DNA from: Thermodesulfobacteriota bacterium
GTDB taxonomy: Bacteria > Desulfobacterota_D > UBA1144 > Nemesobacterales > Nemesobacteraceae
Reading direction: 5' to 3'
Assembly: GCA_965263275.1 (NCBI GenBank)
Contig: OZ253668.1
Location: forward strand, 795,154-859,153
DNA: 64,000 bases
Numbering within the stretch: position 1 is the first letter of the stretch; each line of letters starts with the position of its first letter. The notes beneath the pieces were generated by a model. It made no database searches. It was not told where the DNA came from and saw only the letters and a list, made by a program, of their open reading frames with translations. The translations under genes were made by a program, and so were the position numbers. Shown in pieces: positions 19,581-32,286 of the stretch.

Positions 19581-20983
19581 TTGAGAAAACACGTAACCGA
19601 GAGTGACGCAATGCCGGTAAACGTCAAAAAAACCTTAAAGAGAATAGACAGGGCTCTTGAGAAGGGAAACTGGGATGCCGTGAGAAGCATAACCCAGTCC
19701 ATGCACCCCCTCCGAAATAGCATCCCTGATACAGGCTTCTCCACAGGGGAAAAAGCATCTTATACTGGAGGCCCTGGACACGGAAGTAGCCTCCGAGGTC
19801 TATTTTCAGCTAAACCCCGAGGAACGCGTAAGCATACTGAAGCTTATGCGGGAAACATCCATAACCGCGATGACCGAAGAGATGGAATCGGACGATGCCG
19901 CCGATTTCCTGGAGAACTGCCGGAAGCTCTGGCGGAGACGGTTCTCAAGACCATGGACCCGGAAGAACGCAAGGACGTAACGCCGCTTCTCAAGTACCCG
20001 GAAGATTCCGCGGGCGGATCATGCAGACCGAGGTCCTTAGAAGTTCCCACGACGCCACTTCGAGAGAAACCGTCGAACTTATAAGAAAAATCGAGAAGGA
20101 AGATGAAGAAGACGTAGAGGACCTGCACATGGTCTACGTGGTGAACGAAACGGGAAGGCTCGTCGGAAGGGTTTTTCCGCTTAAGCTCTCAACGGCGGCA
20201 GCTGATTCTCCCCTTTGGACTATCATGGATCCGGTCGAGGTAACGCTCACTCCGAACATGGATCAGGAGGAAGTGGTCAAGATCTTCAGGAAATACGATG
20301 AGATGTCGCTTCCCGTGCTGGATGATTCCGGCGTGCTGCTCGGCAGGATAACCGCCGACGACATACTTGACGTTATCTCAGAAGAGGCAGGGGAAGACAT
20401 ATACAAACTCGGTGGAATAAGCGGCGAGGGACTGCACCCCATACACACATCCATATACGACAACGTGAGGCTGAGAGCGCCCTGGATAATGCTTGCTCTT
20501 GTTGGAGAGCTCTTCGTGGCGTTCATGATAATGCAGAAGTTTCAGACCACGCTTGAGAATTTCATCATTCTCGCGGCACTGCTTCCCCTGGTTATGGCCA
20601 CGGGCGGAAACGTCGGAGTTCAGACAAACACCATCACCGTCAGGATCATAGCCACCGGTGATTTCGTGATGAACCAGATAAAAGGCCTTCTTCTGGCGGA
20701 ACTCAAAGTGGGGCTGACTCTCGGGATCATAAGCGGTATTCTGGGTTCTCTGCTTGGAATTTTGCTAAATACAGCGGACATAGATTTCGTAAGGCTGTTT
20801 CTCGTAATATTCGCAGGAATTGTCGGAGCCACGCTCACAACTTCCTTTCTGGGCGTTGCAGGCCCTGTTCTACTTAACAAACTCAAGATGGATCCCGCAG
20901 TATCATCAGGACCATTTCTCGTTACGTTTAACGATATATTCGGTACCGCTTTCTACCTGTTTCTAGGTGCCGCACTGCTGTGA
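19581..20983 (+). CDS. mgtE: magnesium transporter MgtE, disrupted by three single-base indels in this sequence
   Basis: MgtE sequence is distributed over three frames: N domain in frame of 19581, PSEIASLIQ...DDAADFLE in another frame, LPEALAETVLKTMDPEERKDVTPLLKYPEDSAGG back in frame 0, then IMQTEV...CBS domains and the TM domain in the frame of 19895. Indels lie at C5 (about 19706), a G-run (about 19912) and about 20017. Confidence 0.8.
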
Positions 20984-21089
20984 AGATAGTAGAGTCAGAA
21001 TTTTTCGCAAATTTGGTTTGGAATTTCTTTTAATCCAGGTTTCTTAAAGAATTGCGTCCAATAAAAGGACTCTACCAGAGTATTGAATG

Positions 21090-21164
<75 letters not shown>

Positions 21165-21201
21165 CAAAAAACCAAACACGCATCAAATCACGAAGAAAAT
21201 G

Positions 21202-21274
21202 TCGGGGTGAGAGGGCTCGAACCTCCGACCTCAGCATCCCAAATGCTGCGCGCTCCCAGCTGCGCCACACCCCG
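21202..21274 (-). tRNA. tRNA-Pro (TGG)
   Basis: Minus strand CGGGGTGTGGCGCAGCTGGG...anticodon loop TTTGGGA...GGTTCGAGCCC...CACCCCG-A. Confidence 0.85.
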
Positions 21275-21340
21275 ATTTAAAAACTTGTAATTATAACAAC
21301 AGCGGCTGAAGAAAACAAAGCCACGGTTATAACGAAGAAC

Positions 21341-22235
21341 TCAGGAATCCGAAAGCCTGTATTTCTTCCAGTACCTTATAAGTCCGCCGGCGTTCATATG
21401 GTAAGGAGCCATGAGATCGTACTTGCGATAGATCTCTTCATTTACGCCTTCCCGCTCGAATATTTCCCTGAAGTAGGCGCCGAACTCTTCGGTTATGTCT
21501 TCATCGCTCTTCCCCGCCGATACTCTCTCGCCGACCCACTCCGACCACTCTTCGAGTCTTTCCGCGGCGGCATCAAGTCTGGCGTTAACATCCGTGTATC
21601 CGCCGAAATGGGTAAGATAAATCACGTCGGGGGATATCTCTTTCATCCTGTCAATAGAAGCGTGCCACTTCTCAAGGTGTATTTCGGGAGGAGGAGTCGC
21701 GGGAATCATAGGCCCACCCGCCATTACGCATCCAGCAGTATCCCCCGTAAAAAGGGAGTTCTCAACGAGATAAGAGTAATGATGTCCCGCATGTCCGCTG
21801 GTCTCAACAGCCTTTATTTCAACGCCTCCTATGCTGACGCTCTGGGCATCCTCAAGGGCAACCACGCGACTTTGATCCATTCCCCTGACCTCGCCCCACA
21901 GTTCTTCCATCTTATCCCCGTATATCCTTGCGGCAGACTTCATGAGTTTCTCGGGGGCAACAAGATGCGGAGCTCCCACCGGGTGAACATATATAGTGGG
22001 AACCCGCAGCGGCGAAACGCCAGGCGGCCCCTGAGTGGTCAAGATGGATGTGGGTTACGAACACGTGTTTTACGTCCGAGGGTGCATAGCCCAGATCCGA
22101 AAGACCGTTTTTAAGATTTTCAAACGAAGTGTCGGGACCCGTCTCTATCAGTATCGGCCCCTCACCGGTCTCGATAAGATAAGATGCTATCGTCTCTGTC
22201 GTGAAGAAATTAACGTCAATGATCTTTAAATCCAT
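21341..22235 (-). CDS. MBL-fold metallo-hydrolase, frameshifted at about 22003 in this sequence
   Basis: ORF 21912..22235 carries HIHLDHSGAAW (HxHxDH motif). The continuation (TIYVHPVGAPHL..., TTG-initiated ORF 21341..22042) is in another frame. The shift is at a G-run. Confidence 0.6.
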
Positions 22236-22273
22236 TTAGCTTTGTCCTCCTGAAAATTGCGTTTGCTCGTTGT

Positions 22274-22754
22274 TTAGAATCCAAAACGTAGACCTGCGTG
22301 GAATGTCGTATTGTCAACTGACCACGAATCTACTACATCGCTACTTCTGGCAATTCCTAGTTTTATCCTTGCGCTGTCACTCAGGTTCAAGAAGCCTGCA
22401 ACGGCTAACGCAGTGTTGCCTTCACACGGGTCTCCGCCCTTTACCGGGTAAGACGCCCCGTTTGTATAGTGACTAATGCCCATGCCCAACTTAACTCCTG
22501 CTACTTTGAAGCCCGCGCCTCCCGTAAACACACTGATATTATCAATCCCCGCGTATTTTTCATTTTAACGGGGTGTGTGACGCGGTTACGTCAAACGTAA
22601 CTTTTTGGTGAGCAAGTTCCGGTACCGCATGGATTGCGAGATTGTTGTTCTCAACGGTACTGCAATCTTCCGCGGTTGCCAGTGTCGGCAGAATAGCTAT
22701 TAAGCCCGCTATTAAGAACAGTTTAATTTTATTCATTTCACTACCTCCTTTCAA
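22274..22754 (-). CDS. small outer-membrane beta-barrel protein (OmpW/OmpX-like), frameshifted at about 22564
   Basis: Signal peptide MNKIKLFLIAGLIAILPTLATA in ORF 22560..22754. The rest is in ORF 22274..22531 and ends in the OMP terminal motif GLRFGF. The frames rejoin across an A-run. Confidence 0.5.
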
Positions 22755-22868
22755 TTAGAAACATAGCTTTTTCCGCTCGACGGTTAACCAATGCATGATA
22801 ATTTTTCCTTTTCAGATAGTTTTGGCAACTCTTCCGAGAAAACAATTCGCTCTGGACAACAGCATCTC

Positions 22869-23961
22869 TCACGCACCGGCCTTCACACGACCGGAGTCAA
22901 CGAAAAACGAGTGGAACTCCCCCCGACGGGGTATCTCGTCTTTATCGGTCGAGGTAACGAACACCTGCCCGGTAAATTCTGAGAGCGTCTGGAAAAGAAA
23001 GCCCCTGCGTTCCATGTCAAGTTCGCTCGTTATGTCATCAAGAAGAAGTATGGGATTGGTCCCCGTATGCTCCTTAAAGAGCCTTATCTCCGAGGCCTTG
23101 AGCGCCAGAACCAGGTTTTTTGACTGTCCCTGCGAGGCAAAGCGCGAAGCGTCCTGTCCGTTCAGCAGAAAACCGACCCGGTCCCTGTGGGGACCGACGG
23201 TCGTGTGACCTCTTTTTCTGTCCGAAGGGAAATTCTTTGAAAGTGCCTCCCTTATACCCTCACCGAGGTCCGCCTTGCGTTCAAAGGAAAACCCGTAGCT
23301 TATGTGCGCCGACGTGTCCGATTCCCCATGCTCCCCGTAAACTTCGGCAAGTTTGCGGTTAAAGCTCTTTATCATCTCGATACGTCTGCTTACGATGTCG
23401 GCTCCGCCCCTGGCTATCTGCTCGTCCCATAGTTCCATTGGAAAGCGCAGACACTTTCTCTCTTGAAGCAAGCATATGGTTTCTCTGGCTCACGGCCCTC
23501 TGGTAGTCGCGAAGCTGCTTGATGTGAACCGGGTAAACGGCGCTTATCACGGAATCAAGATAATTTCTTCTGGCCTGCAACCCTCCCTTTACTATCTCTA
23601 TGTCCGACGGAAGAAACAAGACCACTTTGAATCGACCGAAGTGCTGGCTTATGCTCCGCACGGTCTTTGAGTTAAGCCGTGTGTGGCGGCCTTCTTTCTT
23701 CACGGTTATGTGCACTTCGTTCAAGCCGTTTCCCGAAAGAATCTCCCCCTTTACGAGCGAGGCTTCGCAGCCGAAGCGCACAAGGTCAGAGTTTTTCGCG
23801 CCCGAGAAAGGCCGCAGCCCGCAGACAAGATAAATGGCTTCGAGAAGGTTTGTTTTCCCCTGGGCGTTTCGACCGTGAATGACGTTGAATCCCGGATAGA
23901 ACGGAAGGGAAAGGCTCTCGTAATTTCTGTAGTTCCTAAGGCTTAGATGTTTGAGCTGCAC
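22869..23961 (-). CDS. recF: DNA replication and repair protein RecF, frameshifted at about 23455
   Basis: The N-terminal half (MQLKHLSLRNYRNYESL...GRNAQGKTNLLEAIY Walker A) and the C-terminal half (ELWDEQIARGG...LLLDDITSELD signature/Walker B) are separate ORFs joined across an A-run. Confidence 0.8.
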
Positions 23962-24061
23962 TTGATTTGCCGACTGTTTTTTTTCTGAGAAAAACCGCTT
24001 CTCCGCTTTCCGCGGATACTTTCTTGACCATAAAATTTTAAGCGTTAATATCTTTTTTGAA

Positions 24062-26179
24062 ATGATATCGCTTAAAATATCGGAAATCCACTCAAAAGAC
24101 TGCGGGAAAGGCTATGCCAAGATCAGCAGCATGGACATGAAGGAGCTCGGCCTCACGTCCCGGGACCTCATACAGATAGACGGAAGAAGAAAGACCGTTG
24201 TGAGAGCCATGCCGCTTGATGCGGATGAACGGGAACCGGAGTCCGTCATAGAAATAGACATGGTAACCAGAGAAAACGCGGGAGTGGGGCTTGACGACAT
24301 AGTAATAGTAACAAAAGCCGATCTTGAAAAGGCAAGCCGGATAACCCTGTGTCCGAGAAACAAGGCTTTTCTCTACGACCCCGCTAAAAACAAGCGTCTT
24401 TGCAACAGACTCGAAGGACTTGCCGTAACGGCCGGAGACAGGGTGTCAGTCAAAATGTCCTCCGCTAAGACCGAAGACTTCGATGTGCTTACCACAATGC
24501 CTGAGCCCTCAGTGGTCATAAGCCAGAAAACCCGCATGGACGTGATACAGAGACCCAGAACCAGAGTAGACGCAGAGAGGATCTCGTACGCGGACATAGG
24601 AGGATTTTCAAGCCAGCTAAGAAGAATAAAGGAGATTTTTGAATTTCCGATACGCTTTCCCTCGCTTTTTGAAAAACTCGGAGTCCAGCCACCCAGGGGA
24701 ATCCTTCTGACAGGCCCCCCGGGAAGCGGAAAGACCCTGCTTGCAAAAGCCATAGCGTTTGAGACGGATTCAAATTTTCAAGTAATAAACGGCCCCGAGG
24801 TAATTCACAGGTTCTACGGAGAAAGCGAGGCCAAGCTGCGCCAGATATTTGAGAACGCGACGAAGAATCAGCCTTCAATAATATTCCTTGACGAACTCGA
24901 CGCGATAGCTCCTCGCCGGGACAAGGTGACGGGAGACGTGGAAAAAAGAGTAGTGGCACAGCTCCTCTCCCTCATGGACGGACTCAAGGACAGGGGAAAC
25001 GTTACGGTTATCGGAGCGACGAACCTTCCCGACATGATTGATCCCGCGCTACGGCGCCCGGGCAGGTTTGACAGGGAGATTTACCTCCCGGTTCCCGATA
25101 CCAAGGCGCGCCTCGAGATATTTCAGGTTCATTCAAGGAGTATGCCGCTTTCAAATGACGTGGATCTTCAGAGACTCTCTGAGCTTTCAAGCGGCTATGT
25201 GGGAGCCGACATAGAGAATCTCTGCAGAGAGGCGGCCATAAATTCTCTTACCAATATTCTGCCGGACATAGAGCATGACTCCGTCTCCGACCTCGGACAC
25301 AGCTTTCCCGTTGAAGTCAGTATGGAAGACTTCCTTGAGGCGCTTCGCAACATCCATCCCTCGGCAATAAGGGAGATAGTGGTTGAGATACCGAAAACCT
25401 CCTGGGAGGATGTGGGAGGTCTTGAGAACGTAAAAAACGATCTGATTGAATCCGTTATATGGCCGATGAAGCACAGAAATTTCTACGAAGCTCTCGACGT
25501 GACGTCACCGAAGGGAATACTGCTCTACGGTCCGCCTGGAACGGGAAAAACCCTTCTTGCAAAAGCGCTTGCGAACAGAACGGAAGTCAACTTTATTTCC
25601 ATAAAGGGAGCGGAGCTTCTCTCCAAGTATGTCGGCGAATCGGAGCGCGCTGTAAGGGAAGTCTTCAGAAAGGCAAAGCAGGTTTCTCCCTGCATAGTGT
25701 TTTTTGATGAACTCGACGCTCTTTGTCCCAGACGATCCGAATCAAACTCAACCCGCGTGAGCGAAAGAGTCGTAAGCCAGATGCTTGCTGAAATCGACGG
25801 GGTTGAGGAACTCCCGGATGTTCTGGTGCTGGCCGCGACAAACAGGATTGACATGGTTGAACCGGCACTTCTGCGACCCGGGAGATTTGACTTGGTAGTC
25901 GAAGTTCCGACTCCGTCAAAACAGGGAATTCTTGAGATCCTGAAGATCCACACTCGGAAAAAACCTCTCGGTACCGACGTGAAAATCACCGCGCTTGCAA
26001 AACAGCTTGAGGGCAGAACCGGAGCGGACGTAAGACTTGTATGCAACCGGGCTTCCCTGCACGCGATAAAAGAACACCTGGGGAAAAGCAGGAAAGTCCT
26101 TAAACTCTGCAAAAGACATTTCGACCTGGCGCTTTCGGAACTTCAAAAAAGAAGCCTTTGCATAACACCAAGGCACTAG
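24062..26179 (+). CDS. Cdc48/VCP/p97-like double-ring AAA+ ATPase (N domain + D1 + D2)
   Basis: 705 aa. N-terminal double-psi-barrel-like region, then two AAA modules ([18 protein letters not shown]...IIFLDELDA and [18 protein letters not shown]...IVFFDELDA) with SRH regions. Confidence 0.8.
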   Translation: MISLKISEIHSKDCGKGYAKISSMDMKELGLTSRDLIQIDGRRKTVVRAMPLDADEREPESVIEIDMVTRENAGVGLDDIVIVTKADLEKASRITLCPRNKAFLYDPAKNKRLCNRLEGLAVTAGDRVSVKMSSAKTEDFDVLTTMPEPSVVISQKTRMDVIQRPRTRVDAERISYADIGGFSSQLRRIKEIFEFPIRFPSLFEKLGVQPPRGILLTGPPGSGKTLLAKAIAFETDSNFQVINGPEVIHRFYGESEAKLRQIFENATKNQPSIIFLDELDAIAPRRDKVTGDVEKRVVAQLLSLMDGLKDRGNVTVIGATNLPDMIDPALRRPGRFDREIYLPVPDTKARLEIFQVHSRSMPLSNDVDLQRLSELSSGYVGADIENLCREAAINSLTNILPDIEHDSVSDLGHSFPVEVSMEDFLEALRNIHPSAIREIVVEIPKTSWEDVGGLENVKNDLIESVIWPMKHRNFYEALDVTSPKGILLYGPPGTGKTLLAKALANRTEVNFISIKGAELLSKYVGESERAVREVFRKAKQVSPCIVFFDELDALCPRRSESNSTRVSERVVSQMLAEIDGVEELPDVLVLAATNRIDMVEPALLRPGRFDLVVEVPTPSKQGILEILKIHTRKKPLGTDVKITALAKQLEGRTGADVRLVCNRASLHAIKEHLGKSRKVLKLCKRHFDLALSELQKRSLCITPRH

Positions 26180-26183
26180 TCTC

Positions 26184-27049
26184 TTGGAAAATTCTTCTTT
26201 CTTTCTAAACAGCATTCTTCCCGGGATATGGTTTTTCATGCTGGGGGCGGCGCTTGGAAGCTTCGCGAACGTCTGCGTGAGGAGAATTCCGGCGGGGGTC
26301 TCCGTCATCTCTCCCCGCTCCCGCTGCAATAGCTGCGAAACCCCCATCAGGGCTTTTCACAACATTCCCGTTTTAAGCTGGGTTTTCCTCGGGGGCAGCT
26401 GTTCCTACTGCAAAGAGCGGATATCTGTCGAATATCCGATTGTGGAACTTCTATGCGGAGTACTTGCGCTTTTTCTCTACAGGGAGCTTGGAGTCTCGCT
26501 TGAGCTGTTTTTCTACCTCGCGCTTTGCGTATCGCTTGTTGTTATAACCCTGATAGACATAAGACATCTTATTATTCCCGACATGATAACGCTGCCGGGA
26601 ATAGCTGGCGGGATTGCGCTTAACGCGATCAGAACCGACTGGGGGACGGCGACAGATGTGCTTTTTTCTTCCGGGTTCGCGAACTTTCTGCCTGCAACAG
26701 CGAATATCGCGATTTTAAATTCCATAGGGGGAGCGCTGCTTGGAGGAGGAACTTTTTACTGATCGCTACTCTGTACAAAACAGTTAGAAAAAGAGAAGGA
26801 ATGGGAATGGGTGACGTCAAGCTTGTTTCAATGCTGGGCGCTTTCTTTGGAATGTGGGGAGTGCTGATCATAATATTTCTAAGTTCCATTCTGGGAACCC
26901 TGATAGGACTGTCGGTTATAATACTGCGCAGAAAGGACCCGGGACACGCTATTGCCTACGGTCCTTTTCTTTCCTTCTCGGCTGTGTTGTATCTGCTCGG
27001 AGACAAACTTTTTCTCCTCCTCGGAATAAACATCGGGCCCCTTGGGTAA
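26184..27049 (+). CDS. pilD: type IV prepilin leader peptidase (A24 family, PilD), frameshifted at about 26757
   Basis: N-terminal GSFANVCVRRIP and CNSC...CSYC zinc-binding motif. The downstream part GMGDVKLVSMLGAFFG (catalytic Asp region) is in another frame and rejoins across a T5 run. Alternative start at Met 26238. Confidence 0.75.
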
Positions 27050-27869
27050 AACCATGAACAGAATAATCAAAAATCTTTTTCTTCTGATCGTCATAGTTAT
27101 CGCGGCTAAGTTTCTGTTTGCGACATTCGGAAAGGGCCTTTCCACCGAATACACGGAAAAAATAATCCTTGGGGATTGGACGGAACAGAGCATTGAAACG
27201 CTTATAGAAAAAGCCGGCGCGAAAGATAGTCCCGAGGGGAAAATAGAATTTCTCTCGGAAAGTTTCCTAGAAACTCCCTACGCCGACAATACCCTCGGCG
27301 GAGGAAGCGGGCAGAGGGAGCAACTTACCGTGGATCTCTCAGGACTCGACTGTTTTACCTATATCGACTACGTGGAATCGCTAAGACTGTCGGGAAGCTT
27401 CGGGGAATTCAAGGGAAAGCTCGCGGAAATCAGATACAAAGACGGTGCGGTGAAGTGGGAGAGAAGGAAACATTTTTTCTCGGACTGGGTTAGCGGAGAC
27501 GATAAAAACGCGAATGATGCCACCAGGGAAGTCGGAGGCGACGCCGTGGCAACGGCAACCAAGGAATTAAACAGGAGAGCAGACGGCTCTTTGTGGCTCC
27601 CGGATCTCGCGGCAGTAAAAAGGGAGATAAACTACATCCCCTCTCAGGAAATCAGCCCACAGATACTTCGAGCGATACAGACGGGAGACTACCTCGGGAT
27701 ATACTCCGATAAAGACGGTCTTGACGTTTCTCACACAGGGATCGCTGTAAGAAAGGACGGCGGGGTTTACCTGCGTCACGCTTCTTCGGTGCATAAAAAA
27801 GTGCTGGACGAAGAGCTTACCGTTTACATGAAAAACAAGCCCGGACTCTTGGTATACAGGGTAAAATAA
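27042..27869 (+). CDS. DUF1460-like protein (putative Cys/His amidase-like), N-terminal membrane anchor
   Basis: 275 aa. TM helix NLFLLIVIVIAAKFLF, then conserved-looking LDCFTYIDYVESL and VSHTGIAV segments. Assigned from memory of the family, not from a search. Confidence 0.4.
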   Translation: MGKTMNRIIKNLFLLIVIVIAAKFLFATFGKGLSTEYTEKIILGDWTEQSIETLIEKAGAKDSPEGKIEFLSESFLETPYADNTLGGGSGQREQLTVDLSGLDCFTYIDYVESLRLSGSFGEFKGKLAEIRYKDGAVKWERRKHFFSDWVSGDDKNANDATREVGGDAVATATKELNRRADGSLWLPDLAAVKREINYIPSQEISPQILRAIQTGDYLGIYSDKDGLDVSHTGIAVRKDGGVYLRHASSVHKKVLDEELTVYMKNKPGLLVYRVK

Positions 27870-27935
27870 CAGATTATGTGGTAAAATCAGAACTGCCCCA
27901 AGGCGGGGCATGATCGCAATCAAGGAGGCGGATTA

Positions 27936-28352
27936 ATGTCTTTAGACCCAAAAGAACTCACGAAATGTCTTAAGGAAGTGAAAAAAGCGCAGGACTCTCT
28001 GGATAATATTCTGGATTTTGTAGACCTGATGAAAAACATAAAGGAATCGTTTCCGGGAGACGTAATGACTCCGGCTGAGAAGATCAAGGAAATCTCAAGC
28101 GCCGCGGCTCCTTACATAAAGGAGATAAAGGCCGTTTTTGACGTGGAGCTCAACAAGATTCCCATAAACGACGAAGAGGTTGCCGACGCCGCGAAGAAAC
28201 TGGTTCTTTATCATGGAGACCACGTGCAGGTTCTTATCTGGGCCGAACAGCAGAAGACGAACCACGATCCGGACTCCTACTGGTGGAGATATTGGGACGG
28301 TATAACGGGAAACGTAAGAGAGGATATGGCGCAGCATCAAAAACAGCCCTGA
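27936..28352 (+). CDS. hypothetical protein
   Basis: 138 aa ORF with good coding appearance (RBS-like GGAGG 8 nt upstream). No recognised domain. Trp-rich C-terminus (YWWRYWDG). Confidence 0.3.
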   Translation: MSLDPKELTKCLKEVKKAQDSLDNILDFVDLMKNIKESFPGDVMTPAEKIKEISSAAAPYIKEIKAVFDVELNKIPINDEEVADAAKKLVLYHGDHVQVLIWAEQQKTNHDPDSYWWRYWDGITGNVREDMAQHQKQP

Positions 28353-28422
28353 GCTTCGTTCCGGACACAGTAGTCCGAAAGACCGTCTGGCCATCCCCAG
28401 AACCGAAGCCCCCGCGAAATGA

Positions 28423-29863
<1,441 letters not shown>

Positions 29864-29875
29864 AAAAAATACGCC

Positions 29876-31024
29876 TCAGTTTCGCATGGAATCAATACCT
29901 GAATAAATCTCTTCCAGTACTTCTTCCTCGGTTTCGGTTTCAAGGAGACGCTCAAGCTCAACCAGGCAATCTTCGCCCTCAAGCCTGCAAAGCGCCCAGA
30001 CCGCGTGAGCCCTTATGATCGGCTCATCATCACAGATAAGGTTCCTTACATATTTTATATACTCCTTATTTCCGGAATTTCCAACAGCCACGAGTATATT
30101 TCTCATAAAACCCCTGCGTTTGGCCCTCTTAACGGGACTTTTCCTGAAAACCTCCCGGAAACCGTCCCCGTCAAGTCCCAGAAGCCATTTGAATTCTGGA
30201 CTGAGCAGTTTTTCGCGCGGCCTGAAATTTTCTTTCAGAGTAAAAAGGGCTTTGCTGTTCCACGGACAGACATCCTGACACACGTCGCATCCGAAAACGT
30301 TGTTTTCCACGCCTTCCCTCAGTTCAAGCGGTATTTTCCCCTTAAGCTCTATCGTAAGATAGGAGATGCATCTCCTGGCATCAAGCACATAGGATTCCAC
30401 TATGGCATCGGTGGGACACGCATCTATACACCTGGTACAGGTACCGCAGCGGTCCTCAACCGCAGTGTCGTAGTCAAGTTCAATATCGGTTATCACCTCG
30501 CCTAGAAAAAGCCAGGAACCGACCTGCTGATTGATAAGACAGGTGTTTTTGCCTACCCACCCTATTCCGGAATGGCTCGCGTGTACTTTCTCAAGAACCG
30601 GTCCCGTATCCACGTAAGCCCTAACTCCGGCATCCTCGGGACAAAGACCCGTCATGTAGTCGGCAAGCTCGCCAAGCATCTTTCCCATTACGTCGTGGTA
30701 ATCATCTCCCCACGCGTACCTTGATATCCAGCCCCCGCCCGAAGCTTCCGTCGAGAGGGGATTTTCCGTATTGTAGTTAACGGCGCAGGACACAACCGAC
30801 TTGGCACCGGAGAGGACTGTGTCCAACTCCTTTCTCTTCGAAAGTCCCCTCTCAAGATAGCTCATCTCCCCTGCGTAACCCCGCCCGAGCCAGCGCTCAA
30901 AGAGATCCGCTTCCCCGTAATGACTCTCAGCCGGACTTATTCCAACAAGGTCAAACCCGAGAGTGAGCGCATGATTTCTTATAAGCGCCGAGAGCCGAGG
31001 GGCTGTTCTCATCACAACACTCAA
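29876..31024 (-). CDS. queG: tRNA epoxyqueuosine(34) reductase QueG
   Basis: Two 4Fe-4S ferredoxin motifs (CGTCTRCIDACP, CDVCQDVCP), the QueG catalytic region (HSGIGWVGKNT) and a C-terminal HEAT-like tail. Confidence 0.85.
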   Translation of the reverse strand: MSVVMRTAPRLSALIRNHALTLGFDLVGISPAESHYGEADLFERWLGRGYAGEMSYLERGLSKRKELDTVLSGAKSVVSCAVNYNTENPLSTEASGGGWISRYAWGDDYHDVMGKMLGELADYMTGLCPEDAGVRAYVDTGPVLEKVHASHSGIGWVGKNTCLINQQVGSWLFLGEVITDIELDYDTAVEDRCGTCTRCIDACPTDAIVESYVLDARRCISYLTIELKGKIPLELREGVENNVFGCDVCQDVCPWNSKALFTLKENFRPREKLLSPEFKWLLGLDGDGFREVFRKSPVKRAKRRGFMRNILVAVGNSGNKEYIKYVRNLICDDEPIIRAHAVWALCRLEGEDCLVELERLLETETEEEVLEEIYSGIDSMRN

Positions 31025-31518
31025 ACTCCCTTCTTTGAGTTTACGATCAGATTCCCAAGCTCCGTGAAGACCGCTTCTCCGTCAAAGTTAGATACGTAGC
31101 TCGAGACCATTCTGAGTTCAAGCGGAGCGGAGTTGGGCGCTACGGAAAAAATCCCGGAACGGAAAAAATCAATGTCGTAGACCTCCGAACCGAGCAGCAC
31201 GCAATCTTTTTCCCCTACCCTTTCTTGAACGTAACCGTGGCCGGCGATGACGCGGTGACCGTTTCTTTCGATCAGGTCCCCGAACCCGCTTGTCGAAGCA
31301 AAATCCCTGTCCCCCGAACCGTAAAACACCACCTCGGTGTCAAGTGAACGAAGTTCCCGAAGAAGCTCGGGCGCAGAGAAATTCCCGGGAATCCCAAGGT
31401 CATCGCCTGACGGACAGCCAAACACCCCGACGTTTACCAGAAGGGAAGTGGCTTCGCGGAACCTCTTCTTCATGTCCGTCCTGATCCTTGTCAGAACACC
31501 TGTGCGGTGCTTTCGCAA
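31021..31518 (-). CDS. metallophosphoesterase (YfcE/MJ0936-like phosphodiesterase)
   Basis: GDxHG-like motifs (SGDDLGIPGN, GHRVIAGHGYV). The real start is likely an internal Met. It overlaps queG by 4 nt. Confidence 0.55.
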   Translation of the reverse strand: MRKHRTGVLTRIRTDMKKRFREATSLLVNVGVFGCPSGDDLGIPGNFSAPELLRELRSLDTEVVFYGSGDRDFASTSGFGDLIERNGHRVIAGHGYVQERVGEKDCVLLGSEVYDIDFFRSGIFSVAPNSAPLELRMVSSYVSNFDGEAVFTELGNLIVNSKKGV

Positions 31519-32286
31519 TTTACCCTAACTCCAGGAGTTATCTCAAACTCAAGTATACTTGTCGTGATAATGATACCGATTAGAAGCACGATAAGAACCG
31601 AAATCGTACCCTATGTAAATTACACGCTTCTCGCCGTAAACATACTGGTTTTCGCGTACATCCTTTCTCTGACGGGAGAGTCGCTTGGGACGTTCTATCA
31701 TACACACGGTATAGTGCCCAGCAAGATAACCGCCCTCGAAACCTACGGATTCTTTGAGAGGACGGCGAAATATTTCAGTTCCATGTTCGTTCATGAAAAC
31801 TGGCTGCACATAGCCGGGAACCTGATTTTTCTATATATATTCGGAAACGGAATTGAGGACCTGCTCGGCCACGCAAGATATCTGCTTTTCTATCTTGTCT
31901 GCGGACTGGTAGCCGTATTTATCCAAGTGACTTTAAACTCCCACTCGACAATTCCCGTAATAGGTGCAAGCGGTGCGATTTCCGGAGTTCTTGGCGCGTA
32001 CATGCTTTTTTTTCCAAGATCAAAGATACTTACGCTTCTAATAGTCCTTGTGTTTGTCCATTTCATACGCATAAAGGCCTACCTGTTCATACTTTTCTGG
32101 TTCGCCGTTCAGTTTCTGACCGGAATCGGCTATATTGGTGACGCGGGAACCGATGGTTTATGGGCCCACTTAGCAGGATTTGCTTGCGGGGCCATAGCTG
32201 GAAGCGGTTTTCTTTACACAAGGGGATATCGCAGTAAAAAATACAAAGCCGGTTATGGAACCGGGTGGTACGGAGAAGATGACTAG
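31507..32286 (+). CDS. rhomboid-family intramembrane serine protease
   Basis: HENWLHIAGNLIFLYIFG, the GASGAISGVLGAY catalytic Ser motif and the AHLAGF catalytic His. The start is probably Met at 31570. Confidence 0.75.
   Translation: MLSQFTLTPGVISNSSILVVIMIPIRSTIRTEIVPYVNYTLLAVNILVFAYILSLTGESLGTFYHTHGIVPSKITALETYGFFERTAKYFSSMFVHENWLHIAGNLIFLYIFGNGIEDLLGHARYLLFYLVCGLVAVFIQVTLNSHSTIPVIGASGAISGVLGAYMLFFPRSKILTLLIVLVFVHFIRIKAYLFILFWFAVQFLTGIGYIGDAGTDGLWAHLAGFACGAIAGSGFLYTRGYRSKKYKAGYGTGWYGEDD

Noticed and set aside
21398-22114. 238-aa plus-strand ORF
   Set aside because: Antisense to the MBL-fold hydrolase gene.
25525-26112. 195-aa minus-strand ORF inside the cdc48-like gene
   Set aside because: Antisense to the strongly conserved AAA D2 domain. 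Ser/Thr/Ala/Arg-rich.
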